Source: Macrostomum lignano (taxonomy: Eukaryota). Taken from it: a DNA stretch of 64,000 nt. The stretch spans positions 310,001 to 374,000 of the forward strand of contig NIVC01000446.1 in the NCBI GenBank assembly GCA_002269645.1. Reading direction: 5' to 3'. A program made the translations under genes and the position numbers. The notes below the pieces were generated by a model. It searched no databases. It was not told the origin of the DNA and saw only the letters and a program-made list of their open reading frames with translations. Shown piece by piece: positions 27,143 to 38,455 of the stretch. The number at the start of each line of letters is the position of its first letter. Positions within the stretch are counted from its first letter, which is position 1.

Positions 27143-27545
27143 CGAGGGATGTCTGGAAAGTTCTGACACTTTTAATTCTAGAGCAAAAACAGTAGCAGCA
27201 GCCAAGTGGTTTCATTTTTGACGTTATTGGCACCACCATGAGTGTGCAATCGAAAGAAGGCCAAAGGCACAGAATGCTCAAGCGATGAGAAGTGTGTTGC
27301 TACAGGTGGAGCCTATGTTAAGAAGGCAGCCTTGAAGGTTGATGATGATGATGAATGATTATAATTACTTTAAGGAAAAAACCGCTTTTTAATTTTTTTT
27401 ATAACAAACAAACATCGCTTTTACTGTAAGACTATCAGTGGCATTGTGATGGTTTTTCACACAAAACTTTTGAATGAAATGACCAAAATAATCTGGTAGT
27501 TTCGCTCCGGGGTTTGAAGTGTCAGAACTTTCCGGACACCCCTCG
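27143..27545 (+). mobile_element. Internally deleted mariner element (MITE-like, 403 bp)
   Basis: TIRs CGAGGGATGTCTGGAAAGTTCTGACAC and GTGTCAGAACTTTCCGGACACCCCTCG flanked by TA. Internal remnant R*EKCVATGGAYVK resembles the mariner transposase C-terminus. Confidence 0.9.
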
Positions 27546-28413
27546 TAGCACTCTTTGAACTACCAGGTGCTTAGCTTACTATTACTATAATCAGTTCCAA
27601 AGAATGATTGCAATTAGCTCTTTTGATGTTACAAGTTTTTAAAAAATTATTTTCTATATTCTCATCCTGTTTGTTTTGTTATACTGAATTACTTAAACCA
27701 ACACTTCGTTTTGTCAGAACTGTGGTACGCCACATCATTACGATTTTTGCGTTAGCTGGCATAACTTTCGTGCATTTTCTCAAGCAGAACTTTCAAAAGC
27801 TATTCAATAAATTATACGAATATTTTTGTATTTATTTGTGATTTGTAAATTCTAACATTGAAAATCAACGTTTTTATCTTTTCTAGCTGATTTCCTTAAA
27901 AAATCGATGACAATTCAGACTTAGAATATACAGAAAAACATATAAGAGGCCTCCCCAATTGACAACCCAATCAGATGTTCGGCAGGTAAACGATGCTGTA
28001 CTTTTTGTATAATCATCTGCTTAGCACAAGAAACCCGAAAGGTTCGCATTGTCGGAAAGTCTTGCTAATCACTTCCGCTAGCTTACACAACTTAAACGAT
28101 TTCTATGATGGGAACTTTAAAGCTTGTAAAGTTTCGAGCTTACGCAGTTTAACTGTCTTCGACGATGTGAAACTTGTGCTTCCGAGCTTGTGAAAGCAAC
28201 CCGTAGCTGTTGCTTCGTAGAGCATAAGGGTAAATCCAAAAATGAGTACAGATTTTCTGTCCAGGACATTTTTAATTTAAATTTTCAGTTAAAAAGTTTT
28301 TTAGCAGAATTAATGTATTAGAAAACTTTTTTGTAAAGTTTTAAGCACAAGAAAAACACTCTAGAACAGAAATAATGCACTTTTAATTTTTTCCCCTTAT
28401 TTTCCACTGGAGT

Positions 28414-28831
28414 GTTCCACTCATCGACGCCAGTGTTCCAACACAGTGTTCCAGTGCATCAACAATGGCATCGATGAGTGGAAACCTACAAGTAATACAC
28501 AAACATATTGGGACTCAAAATTTATGAAAATATTGTCACAATACAAACATTTGTACAATATTATACTGTTGAAATTAGAAACGAACTAATAAAAATCATA
28601 TAGCAGTTCAAAAGGCGTCGATGAGTGGAAGTGTTGTGCTAACTAAAAACGGTACATAAATTTTGCTGACAATTTGACAACTTAATATTAAACGAATAGA
28701 TTAGCTATTGCAGGACATAAAATTAGCAGCAACAAATTGTAAAATAAGCAAGGGAAACAAACAATCGATATAGTAATTTCTGAAAAAGCAAGCATCGATG
28801 AGTGGAAATTTGAGACATCGATGAGTGGAAC
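28414..28831. repeat. Dispersed 13-bp motif array TCGATGAGTGGAA
   Basis: Inverted copy at ~28415-28427; direct copies at 28471, 28618, 28795 and 28818. Confidence 0.75.
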
Positions 28832-29399
28832 CACATCTGATGGGACATGTGTATTTCGTCGAAAACAAAATGGCTGACGGTTTCTAATAAAAAACAATAA
28901 ATAAAACAAATTCTATCGCAAAAAAGGAAGAAAATATGCCAAATGGGACATGCAGTTTTATCACGTTTTTATTTTTCCATTACTCCAAGAAACCTGTTAT
29001 TTTTTACTTTCCGAACTTTCTTGCTTTATTTTAACTAGAAAATAGGTTACATTTTGCTTTTATCATGTCAGCATTGCATAGAAATAGTTGGATAAATTGA
29101 AAAACATTCGGGACACGTTTTTTTTATTTTTTTGTACTTGTTTTTGGATTTACCCATAAAGCTTTTTCCTAGGTTTGGATGAGAACACTGATTCACGGCT
29201 ACCTTAGCTGATGTCCCTTTTGTATAATATAACTACTGCATAGTAGTTAATAAACATGTAATCCATTATAGTTACTACATCTTTGGTATCCACGCACTAT
29301 GTCTCGGCGAGCAAGCACGCATATCGCGGCGACTGGGGGCGTGCCATATTCTGCATGGTTGCGTTAACAGTAGAACTACCAAGAGGGGGGGGATTCCCC

Positions 29400-29935
29400 C
29401 CTGACAATTTTTTTGCTGCACCGGAACGGAGCATCGCAGGCAAACGAAATTGAAGAACACGGGCAACTTTTTGTTGCGCACCTTCTCAAACAAGCATCAA
29501 GTCGCCAGCCCTCCGGACAGTCGAGATATTCGACGATTCTGCCAGAAGGTCGGATTTTTCCCATAAGCGCCAGTGTATTCAGTACACCCCTGTGCGCCAA
29601 TCAGCACTGCGCCTCAGTGCAGCCTTGTCCAAGTCTCCAAATTTCATCAGCACGTCAACCACATGTGTCTGCATCAGCTCTGACTTCGTTGGTCACTCTA
29701 GCCTTCACCCATGCGGAGCTTGTGGACCTTCAACAGGTGGTACAACAGGTGACCATGGACATGCTGTTGCCAATTTCTCTAGTTTCGCTGATCAAGCCTT
29801 CAGTGGCGATCCATGTATAATTCGCTCTAAGCTCTAAGGACTTCGTGCATCAATCAGCAGTTTTGTCGGATTCAGCGCGCAGGAATGTCGTTCCCGCACT
29901 CGTTCGCGTGCCGGAATGCAACTGTCTATGGTAAA
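29400..29935 (-). pseudogene. Decayed coding-like segment of unknown origin
   Basis: GC-rich island in AT-rich DNA. Minus-strand fragments YTWIATEGLISETREIG, HVVDVLMKFGDLDKAALRRSADWRTGVY, IHWRLWEKSDLL and LFEKVRNKKLPVFFNFVCLRC are broken by stops and frameshifts. Confidence 0.35.
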
Positions 29936-30220
29936 AACGCCATTGAAATGAAGCAGAAAATCAGTGCAGGAATGATGTGCCATTCTTGCACTATAAAGGA
30001 AACGGAACATTAATTATATAGTATATTTAGTTCATTTAAATTTACTTTAGTTCACTTTGGTTTAACTGTCTATGGTCTCGTATTAGTGGGGGCTCCGCCC
30101 CCACACCCCCGCAAGGAGACTGCGTCCCCTTGACCCCTGCTTCCTACCACTCTTACTGTGTGCAAGAATGAATCCAACAACACTGCAATTTCCACACTCT
30201 GACTCGTGCGTCCATGGCAA

Positions 30221-31095
30221 AAAGCACGAGTGAGCGTACCATTGTTTGTCTATGGCCCGTGCATCAATGCCGTGCAGCAATAGCATTATTGCATGGAAAA
30301 CTTTTTACGTCCAATTACAAAGGAATACATGTAATCTCTGAAATGATGTTGAATACCCGATTTCCTAAAAATAGCGATAGATGCCTGCACGAATGCACAG
30401 CAAGCTCGCTGGCGAGTAGAAACCTCCGTTGGCCTTCTTCAAGTCCCATAGAAAAGGCGTAACACATACGCCAGCGCAGAGCGTTCACACGTCGCGATGA
30501 CAAACTTGAATGGTTCCATTTGCGTCGATGAAGTCATTCAGTCGCTTTACTGAGCTCCTCTCTTGATACTCGGAACTGGCAACGCAACACTCTTTATCCA
30601 GCTGTTCCAATGCGAACACTTGATCAACATCCTCGAGAGAAAGTGCTTCAGCAGGTTTCTTCAAGTCAAAATCATCCATGTACTACTTCTCGATCTCGGC
30701 GCCAGTAAGTCCACTTACATGTATCATTCCGCCAGGGAAAACGTTCCAATGAAGAAGCCGGGTCGTAGTCATTTACAGCTCGTCAGTCAACTGAGAAGTC
30801 CTTTCTCCTTTCCTATATAGCACTGTTTCGTAGGACATAGTCTATGGTAGTCTGGTAAAAATGAAGCAGTACAAACCATTTAGTTCATACCAGTACCATA
30901 GATCACATAAGTACATACATACACTTTTTCTGATTATTAAATTTTAGCTGGCTTATGTGGGGGCTCCGCCCCCACACTCCGGAACGGCGCTGACCATAGA
31001 CATAGACAAACTACCATAGACAAAACACAAAATAAGAAAAACTTAAGGACGGCATTGATGCACGGACAGGAAAACAATGTAACTAAAGCACGGCT
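30221..31095 (-). mobile_element. Inverted-repeat-bounded element carrying a decayed ORF (~30300-30770)
   Basis: CCGTGCATCAATGCCG (~30255-30270) is inverted as CGGCATTGATGCACGG (~31049-31064). ACCATAGACA motifs occur in both orientations. Internal broken ORF MTTTRLLHWNVFPGGMIHVSG...*YMDDFDLKKP.../LRWRMCYAFSMG. Confidence 0.5.
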
Positions 31096-32079
31096 TGGTC
31101 GTGTAGCCACGCCCATAGACGTTATGAGCGTTGATACACTCCCAGCCGTGCTTTAGTGCCTCACTGCAGCTTGCAACGTATTTACCATAGACAATTCAAA
31201 GGAGTCTTCAGTACGGGGGCTTCGCGGAGCTGCAAAGTTGCGCCCCCAAATTTAAGGCAAACGAGAATCCATGGTTTTATTCATCCATGATGTTAACCAT
31301 TAGTGCGTAAATATTTGTATTAATCTGCTGAACAGATACAGAGATTTGGAGGCCTGGTGTTAACTTGACTGGTTAAGCTACTATATACACATGCACATCA
31401 GTCATTTTGTACATAGCAGTTCAAATAAATCAAAGCAGACTGCTAAACTTCCGCTACGGCAGAACAAAACATGTTCTGTTCTGCCCACTCCGTGCAAATT
31501 CCTGCATAGATAGAATTCAGTTTTTGAAGATTATGCGAGCTAAATGTTCTAGCTTTCCTCCTGAACCGCCAATCATCAAAAAACGTTTTAAAGCTTCTCT
31601 GTAAGTAAAGTCTAATCTAATCGAGGAAGCGGTCTGTGCGTCCGACGCTTGCCTTGGCTGATTGACAGCCGCATTTGTTGGCCCATGCGGGCCGAAAACA
31701 CGTCGTAGCTTCGTATATACGCCATGCACCAAATTTGCTTCGTTAGATGTTTTGCAGATATTCAGTGGAGCTAGTACATAGATGCTTTGTCTGGACTGAG
31801 CCCGCGGCTGGTCCTGGCAACGCTTCCAGACAAGTCTACTGGCGGTATCCCTTTGATCTGCGGCGAGTGAAGGAGATAGAGTGTAGTACTGAAGGAATTC
31901 TGCCGTTTTGACGAGGGAAAAAAGCCAACCAGCAGCGCTACCTAAGCTCCTCCAGAGGCTCGGGAAAAAGCACGTTATATTCTTTCTTCCTCTTTTTCAA
32001 GTCTGCTAAAGTATATATAAGCTGTCTGCTTGCTTATACGTTTATTCCAGAGAAGTGGACCAGAGCCAACTTCCCAGCC

Positions 32080-34497
32080 ATGCTGCTGACGTTGGTGCTA
32101 GCGCTGCTGGCGCAGCCGCTGTTCTTGATCGCGATGCCGCCTGAGTGGAATTTGCCAAGCATGCCAACGTCATGGGCGCTACCGTTCGGGAGCAGTCACC
32201 GCTGCGTGCCCATCCCAAGCACTATGCAGCTCTGCGACAAGATCGGCTATCGCGAGATGCGTTTGCCAAACATGCTTAATCACGACACAGTCAACGAGGT
32301 CATGGAGCAAACTAAGCACTGGGTTCCACTCGCTAATCTGGCCTGTCACAAGGAGATCAGGGTGCTCCTGTGCTCTATCTATGCTCCGGTGTGCATTCCG
32401 CAGCTTCTGGAACGCCAGATTAAACCGTGCCGCACCCTGTGCGAGGCCGTCATGCGTCCGTGCGCCGCTGTGATGCAGAAATTTGGCTACGCCTGGCCAG
32501 AGATACTCAACTGCGAGCAGTTCCCACCGGAAACCGATCACATGTGCATTAAGGCTACGCAAAGAAGTAACAACTATCGTTATGTATTGACTTTTTAAAT
32601 GAATTTGTGCTTTTCTTTAGAAACATTCTTCAAAATTTGCTTGAAATTGCAGCCGATTGTGACGCCTGCCCAAACAACGTCACGTACGAGTCTGTTATCG
32701 GCAACTACTGTGTGAACAATGTTGGTAAGACAGTTCGTTTCTGTGTGAGCAGTGCTGCTTAAACTTTTTAGAGCGCAATAGGGGGCTTCAGCATCAGGGG
32801 CTTTAGCACCAGGGGCTTTAGCAACAGGGGCTTTGGCAACAGGGGCTTTAGCAACAGGGGCTTTAGCACCAGGGGGCTTTATCAACAGGGGACTTTAGCG
32901 ACAGGGGGCTTTAGTAACAGGGGCTTTAGCAACAGGGGCTTTGGCAACAGGGGCTTTAGCAACAGGGGACTTTAGCACCAGGGGGCTTTAGCACCGGGGG
33001 CTTTAGCAAGAGGGGCTTTAGCAACAGGGGCTTTAGCAAGAGGGGGCTTTCGCACTAGGGGGCTTTAGCACCAGGGGGCTTTAGCAACAGGGGGCTTTAG
33101 CAACAGGGGCTTTGGCAACAGGGGCTTTAGCAACAGGGGACTTTAGCACCAGGGGGCTTTAGCAACAGGGGGCTTTAGCAACAGGGGCTTTAGCAACAGG
33201 GGCTTTAGCAACAGGGGCTTTAGCAACAGGGGACTTTAGCACCAGGGGCGCAAGCACCAGGGGTTTCAGCACCAGCGGCGCCAGCACCAGAGGCGCGAGC
33301 ACCAGGGGTTCCAGCACCAGCGGCGCCAGCACCAGAGGCGCCAGCACCAGGGGTTCCAGCACCAGCGGCGCCAGCACCAGGGGTTCCAGCACCAGTGGCG
33401 CCAGCACCAGTGGCGCCAGCACCAGGGGCGCCAGCACCAGGGGTTCCAGCACCAGCGGCGCCAGCACCAGGGGTTCCAGCACCAGCGGCACCAGCACCAG
33501 GGGTTCCAGCACCAGGGGCGCCAGCATCAGGGGTTCCAGCACCAGCGGCGCCAGCACCAGGGGCGCCAGCACCAGGGGTTCCAGCACCAAGAGCGCTAGC
33601 ACTAGGGGCGCCAACACCAGGGGCGCTAGCATCGAGGTGTCACCTCAGGGGCGCCAGCGCCAGGGACGTCAAAGTACATGTAGTTTTTGGGAAAGTGCTA
33701 AAATTAGAAACAGTAGCGTGTTAAAAATTTTAAAAATGCTTTGCAGTTGCATTTCAGTCCAACGAACACAAACTGCCCTGTCAGCATTTAAGGCCCGAGT
33801 TGACAGCATCACCAAGGAGTCGGGCGGCTTTCGTATTCGTCTGAAACGTCGCGTTCGCTTCTTCAAGTCAACCGGCGTGTCCAGACGGCAGAAGCGCAGC
33901 ATTCGCAGCGTTTTCATTCAAGAAGACAGCAGCGGTTGCGCCTGCGGCGGCTTGGAGGCAGCCAGGAACGATTCTAGCAAAAGATTTCTCATGATGGGTT
34001 CTGTATCGCCAGACGGCACCTCATTCTCCGTGACGTTCCTCGCCGAGTGGCAGCAGAGGGACAGGCGATTCAAGTGGGCCATACGAAAAATCCGCGGCAG
34101 TAGAAGGCGAAGTCGCGCAGGAGAAATCAGCGCGACTAGCGCCGGCTCTGCCGGTACCAACTCCAGCGAGTCGATCTGCACTTTAAGCCAGCTGAACGAG
34201 CCGATTCCAACATCGATGTCTCTTGGTAGAAGGGGCGGCAGGGGCAACCGGAGGAAGCGAAAGAACCGCCGCAGAAAGAAGAATAATGATAGACGGAGGC
34301 GCAACCGCAAGACCAGTCGCAGCGATAGCACCGCCGCCGCTTCAGACAGAGCGCCTGCCCGCGACGGCGGGACATCCGCTGCTGCCGACAGGCCGGGTCG
34401 TCGAAGGCGACAGCGCCGAAATCGAGATAACGATTATCGGGATCGACGCGGCTACGCTTACGAAAAATCTTACTACAAAAACTACCAGAAGTCTTGA
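32080..34497 (+). CDS. SFRP: Secreted frizzled-related protein (sFRP1/2/5-like); join(32080..32566 or 32578,32653..32724,33758..34497), ~432-436 aa
   Basis: Signal peptide, Frizzled CRD with all 10 Cys (CVPIP...C.KIGY..MRLPNML.H...LLCSIYAPVC...PCRTLC), NTR domain (CDAC...YC...GCAC...FLMMG...EWQ..DRRFK), no transmembrane helices. Two alternative phase-1 donors for exon 1. Confidence 0.9.
32780..33665. repeat. 15-bp minisatellite in sFRP intron 2 with two unit types
   Basis: GGGGCTTTAGCAACA units up to ~33240, then GGGG(CG/TT)CCAGCACCA units. Confidence 0.95.
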
Positions 34498-35597
34498 ATC
34501 AGCGTTGAACTAATAATCGCATCTTTTTCAGCGGTAATCTGAATGAGCTTACCAACTCTGTAGTCTCTGTAGTTTAGGCCTGTCTCTCAGACTGCCCACA
34601 AAACTTGAGCTTATATACATATATTATTCAACCTCGAAGTCTTTTACTATTTATTTCATATTTACAGCACTATTTTCGTTCAGAATTGCAGTGCAGTAAC
34701 GACTTGATACAGCAGAATACAGTTAAGTTTAAAAAACAACAAAATTTGCTGTAACTATTTGTCTAAATTTTTTCTTTATTGTTTTAGCTAAAGTATCATC
34801 AGTATAAAGTTTTATTCAGGCTTCATCCTGTTGCTAAGTAAAACAGTGGATGCAATTTTCTGTATTGCCTCTAATTATATAGGGACTTCATTAAGAGATT
34901 GACAAAATCTGTGAATTTCTCACAAAAATGATTTATTACTTACTGTCTACTGAAAATCCATAATCTTTGAAACTTCACAATAGCAATCCGGCCCGCTCAA
35001 GGCTTGTCTCTTCGGACCAGCTCTCTCTTCATCTCCCCTCTCCTCTCTCTCTCTCTCTTCCCCCTCTCTCCTCTCTACTACTCTCTTCTCCTGCTTTCTC
35101 CCATATTTTCTCTCTTGTCTCTTCCCTCTCTGACCCGCAATCATGTGCTAGATTCTGTAATCTGCCTTTAATTTGAAAAAGTTTGCCCATCCCTGATTTT
35201 TAGACTGATAGCCTGCATGGTTCTAGTCAAGATTGCGGCCTCACACACCCAGTGGCAGTGAGAACTGTGCTAACTTTGATAAGAGATGACTGAGCCTGTG
35301 TGTGTGTGACTATTCTAACTTCAAGCTGGCAGCATTCAGAGGCTCGCGCTTGTGTCACTACAGGACACAACAGTTAATAAATGGGCGCTTAAATGTGTCC
35401 CCGCAGTCACTGTCACCGCTTCGCTGCAAAATTCGAGTGCTACTGTTGAAGCTTCTGAAAAACCGATCCACATTGGTTACTAAGGAATTGAACTAAAAAA
35501 CGATAGTTTCGAGGTTTAAATACCTCAGATTGTCAATGCCATTTTTCCTAAAAAATCTTAAAAGCATCAAACCTGGGGGAAGGAGCTCTTTTGCTAT

Positions 35598-35745
35598 TTC
35601 CACTTAGACAGCCAAGCGACAATCCACGCCCTTGAACTCGCCATGCACATGCTTGCATACCGGCACAGTCCTCGACTGCATTTTGCGACTTGAACTATGG
35701 ATCCCTTCGTATCTCGGAGCACTCCGGAAACGAGCCAGCTAGGGA
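35598..35745 (+). mobile_element. Non-LTR retrotransposon RNase H remnant
   Basis: FHLDSQATIHALE...WIPSYLG../GNEPA resembles the DSQAAL and WIPSHxGIxGNExAD motifs of LINE RNase H. Confidence 0.6.
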
Positions 35746-36059
35746 TCGCAACGGGTGTCGATTCTGCCTCTACAGTGATCAAGGATATATTAGATTTAGA
35801 TCTCAAAGATCAAAGTACATGTACACGCAGGTCGTTCAGGTTTTATTGTCTTCAGCTCGGCTGTGTTGATTTTCATGTTCTCAATTGATATCTTTGTCTG
35901 CAAGCACCAATGCTTTAATAGAGTTACATTTTTGTACAGGAATATTGTAGACTTCACATTCAGAGCTGCTATAATAATATTTTACAGTGTATCAGTACAT
36001 GTATTTAATTTCAGTAAAATGTAGATTATTGAGGTAAATTCAGGCATGGAATATTCGGG

Positions 36060-38211
36060 TGAGACTGTATACGCTCTGGTGGGTCGGGGCAGGCAATTTT
36101 TCGAAAGTGCCTCCTATCCCGTGTACCCTCTGCACAGAGCTGTCGTGACTCGGCCAGGTCTCAGGCGGAGACTCCCGCACTTTCCGCTCCCCCCCCGCCT
36201 TCCTGCCTTTCTCCCTGTCCCTCTCTGTACCCTCCCCTCTACCTTATCTCCCCTGCACTCCACCCTATTCTTCTTGTACTTTCCCTTTCCCCCTCTTTTT
36301 GTCTCTCTCTGCACTCTTTTCCTGCGCTGTCCCCTCCTTCTCTGTGTCTACTTACAGTATTTTGTGTGCTCACCGTCTCCCCATCCCCTCCCAAACTCCC
36401 AAACGGTGACGCAAGTCGTGTGACCTCTTCTTCCCCCCGATGACTCATCGATGACTCATCTCCCTCTCTTGCGCAACCTTTTCTCATGCCATTGTTCTCC
36501 TCCCCAAATTTCTCATGCGACACCCACACCACCTCCGCTTCTATTGTTCTCGTTTTTGATTCTTTTGTTCTCTCGACCCCCACCAATTATCACCTTTTCT
36601 CCGATTTTCTCTTTATTTTGTTCTCGTTTTCGCACCTAATTATCACCTTTTCTCCAATGTTTACTTTTCCATTGTTCTCAGTTTTCCCCAATTATCCCCG
36701 ATTTCCAATTCCTTTGTTCTCGACCCCAGCCCTATTGTTCTCAATGTTTGCTTGCGCAACACTTTCGCGACCACCCGCTGCGCCAATTATCCCCCACCCC
36801 ACCTCCGGATTGCGCAATTTCCCTATTTCTCATGTTGCTATGCCGGTCTCATGCTTCTCATCATGACTCATTCTGACGTCATTCTGCCGGCAGCCAATCA
36901 GAGAGAGGGAGCCATGGTGACGACCTTGAGGAGGCGGCTGTGAGGTCTATAAAAGGAAGCGATTTCGGCATGAGAATCCTCAACTTTTCGCCTCTTTGGG
37001 CTTGCCGTCAGACTGAGTTCTGACCCATTCGTCTATAAGACGAATCCCTGCCGGTCCGCGGTCTGTCACCGCCAAGTTATCCTTAGCTCCCCAAGTGAGC
37101 TCGCCTATCGGCCAGCGGTCTGATACCGCCCAGCATCATCAGCATCGCCTGATCTACATCAGCGCCTCGCCGCTCCAGCGCATCGCCGCTTCACTGTCTG
37201 CCTGACTGCAGCCTACAGCCACCCTCGGTCACTCCGCCTCTCTCTCTCTCTGTGCAGCTGCCGGTAAGTTCCTGTTACTAATTTGTGCTCTAATTGCCTT
37301 TGCTTATCCGGGGTTTGCCTATTTTCCATTGTCTGATTAGAGAGCTGAGCCAATTGTGATACCGTATCTTTTGCTGTATTTTACTCAATAGTGAAGCCGC
37401 CTAATTGCCTGATTATTCGCCTAAGAGCCTAATTATTAACTATTAACTAACTTCATCATTATTCAATCTTTCACCATCATTTAACTCATGGCTTGTTAAG
37501 CCTTTCTCCCGGGGTGGCAAAGCATAAGGGAGTTTGGGTAAGCTAATGGCCTCTCCCCGTGCAAAGCCCGCCTGTGAGTGCGTGCTGCGGGGCCGCGTGT
37601 GCGTGCAGTAGAGGGATTAGCGAGTCTTGGCACAGAATGGCAGTAGGAAGGTTGCAACCCCATGCTAACGCGTCCCTTCGCCCTGAGCAATCTAAACTGG
37701 AGACAGTACATGTTCGCCTCATACTACTCTTAGTAATCAAAGTCGCAAGTCAGCCTCGCTCACAGCCACAAAGGATCCCCTGCTGAGAAATCCTCCAGGA
37801 TTGAGCCCAGAGTTCCCGATCATGCCCCAAGCAGAGTCCCTGTACTCGGCTGCATGCGTCTCCCCTGTTAGCCTAAATCCCCTGGTAACCAATCCAGGCG
37901 GGGCTCTAGCCTCGAGAGGTCTGGTAGAAAGATCCAGGTGCGCCAGGTCACATAGAGTGGTGGCAGCCACTCGGTCATACCATGACCGAGTGACCAACTA
38001 TTGCACCTTGGCTACAGGTGGGGTCCATGTGGGTCCTTGGCCCTCTGGTCACGAAGCGCTACCAAAAGCTACTAATCATGTGGGCGGGACAGTCTGGTGC
38101 TGGAGGTCCGTCAGGTCGTTGCCCGGTCATAGGCAGCCTACGGTCATTGCCCCCTCTAGTCATGCGTTCGTCTCTCTACGGAGCGGACAGGCGACAAGGG
38201 CGGTTACATCA
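36060..38211 (+). mobile_element. Solo-LTR-like element, copy 2
   Basis: Starts TG (36060) and ends GGTTACATCA (38211). 4-bp TSD CGGG (36056-36059, 38212-38215). Reverse complement of 398-2615, with a more diverged distal 5' end. Confidence 0.85.
36441..36954 (+). promoter_or_regulatory. Pol II promoter module of the LTR-like element
   Basis: TGACTCA (AP-1) at 36441, 36452 and 36864; TGACGTCA (CRE) at 36874; CCAAT at 36894; TATAAAA at 36948. The proximal set is mirrored in copy 1 at ~1676-1766. Confidence 0.65.
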
Positions 38212-38455
38212 CGGGGTTTTTTTAGAAAGTTCAAAAAAGTATCCGAAACAGCACAGACTAGAGCCAAAAGGGATATCGACCAAGTCGGCCAAAATTTTTT
38301 GCCCATGCGAATGTTCTTCACGCCAAAAATTTAAAATGACGAATAATTAAGGAAAATTTTAGCATCACCATAAAGTTAGTTAAGTTTCTTTAAGTTTCTA
38401 ACGATCGAGAAGATCGAGAACAGCTCGAAACCCGAGCTGTCCATTGAGTCATTAG

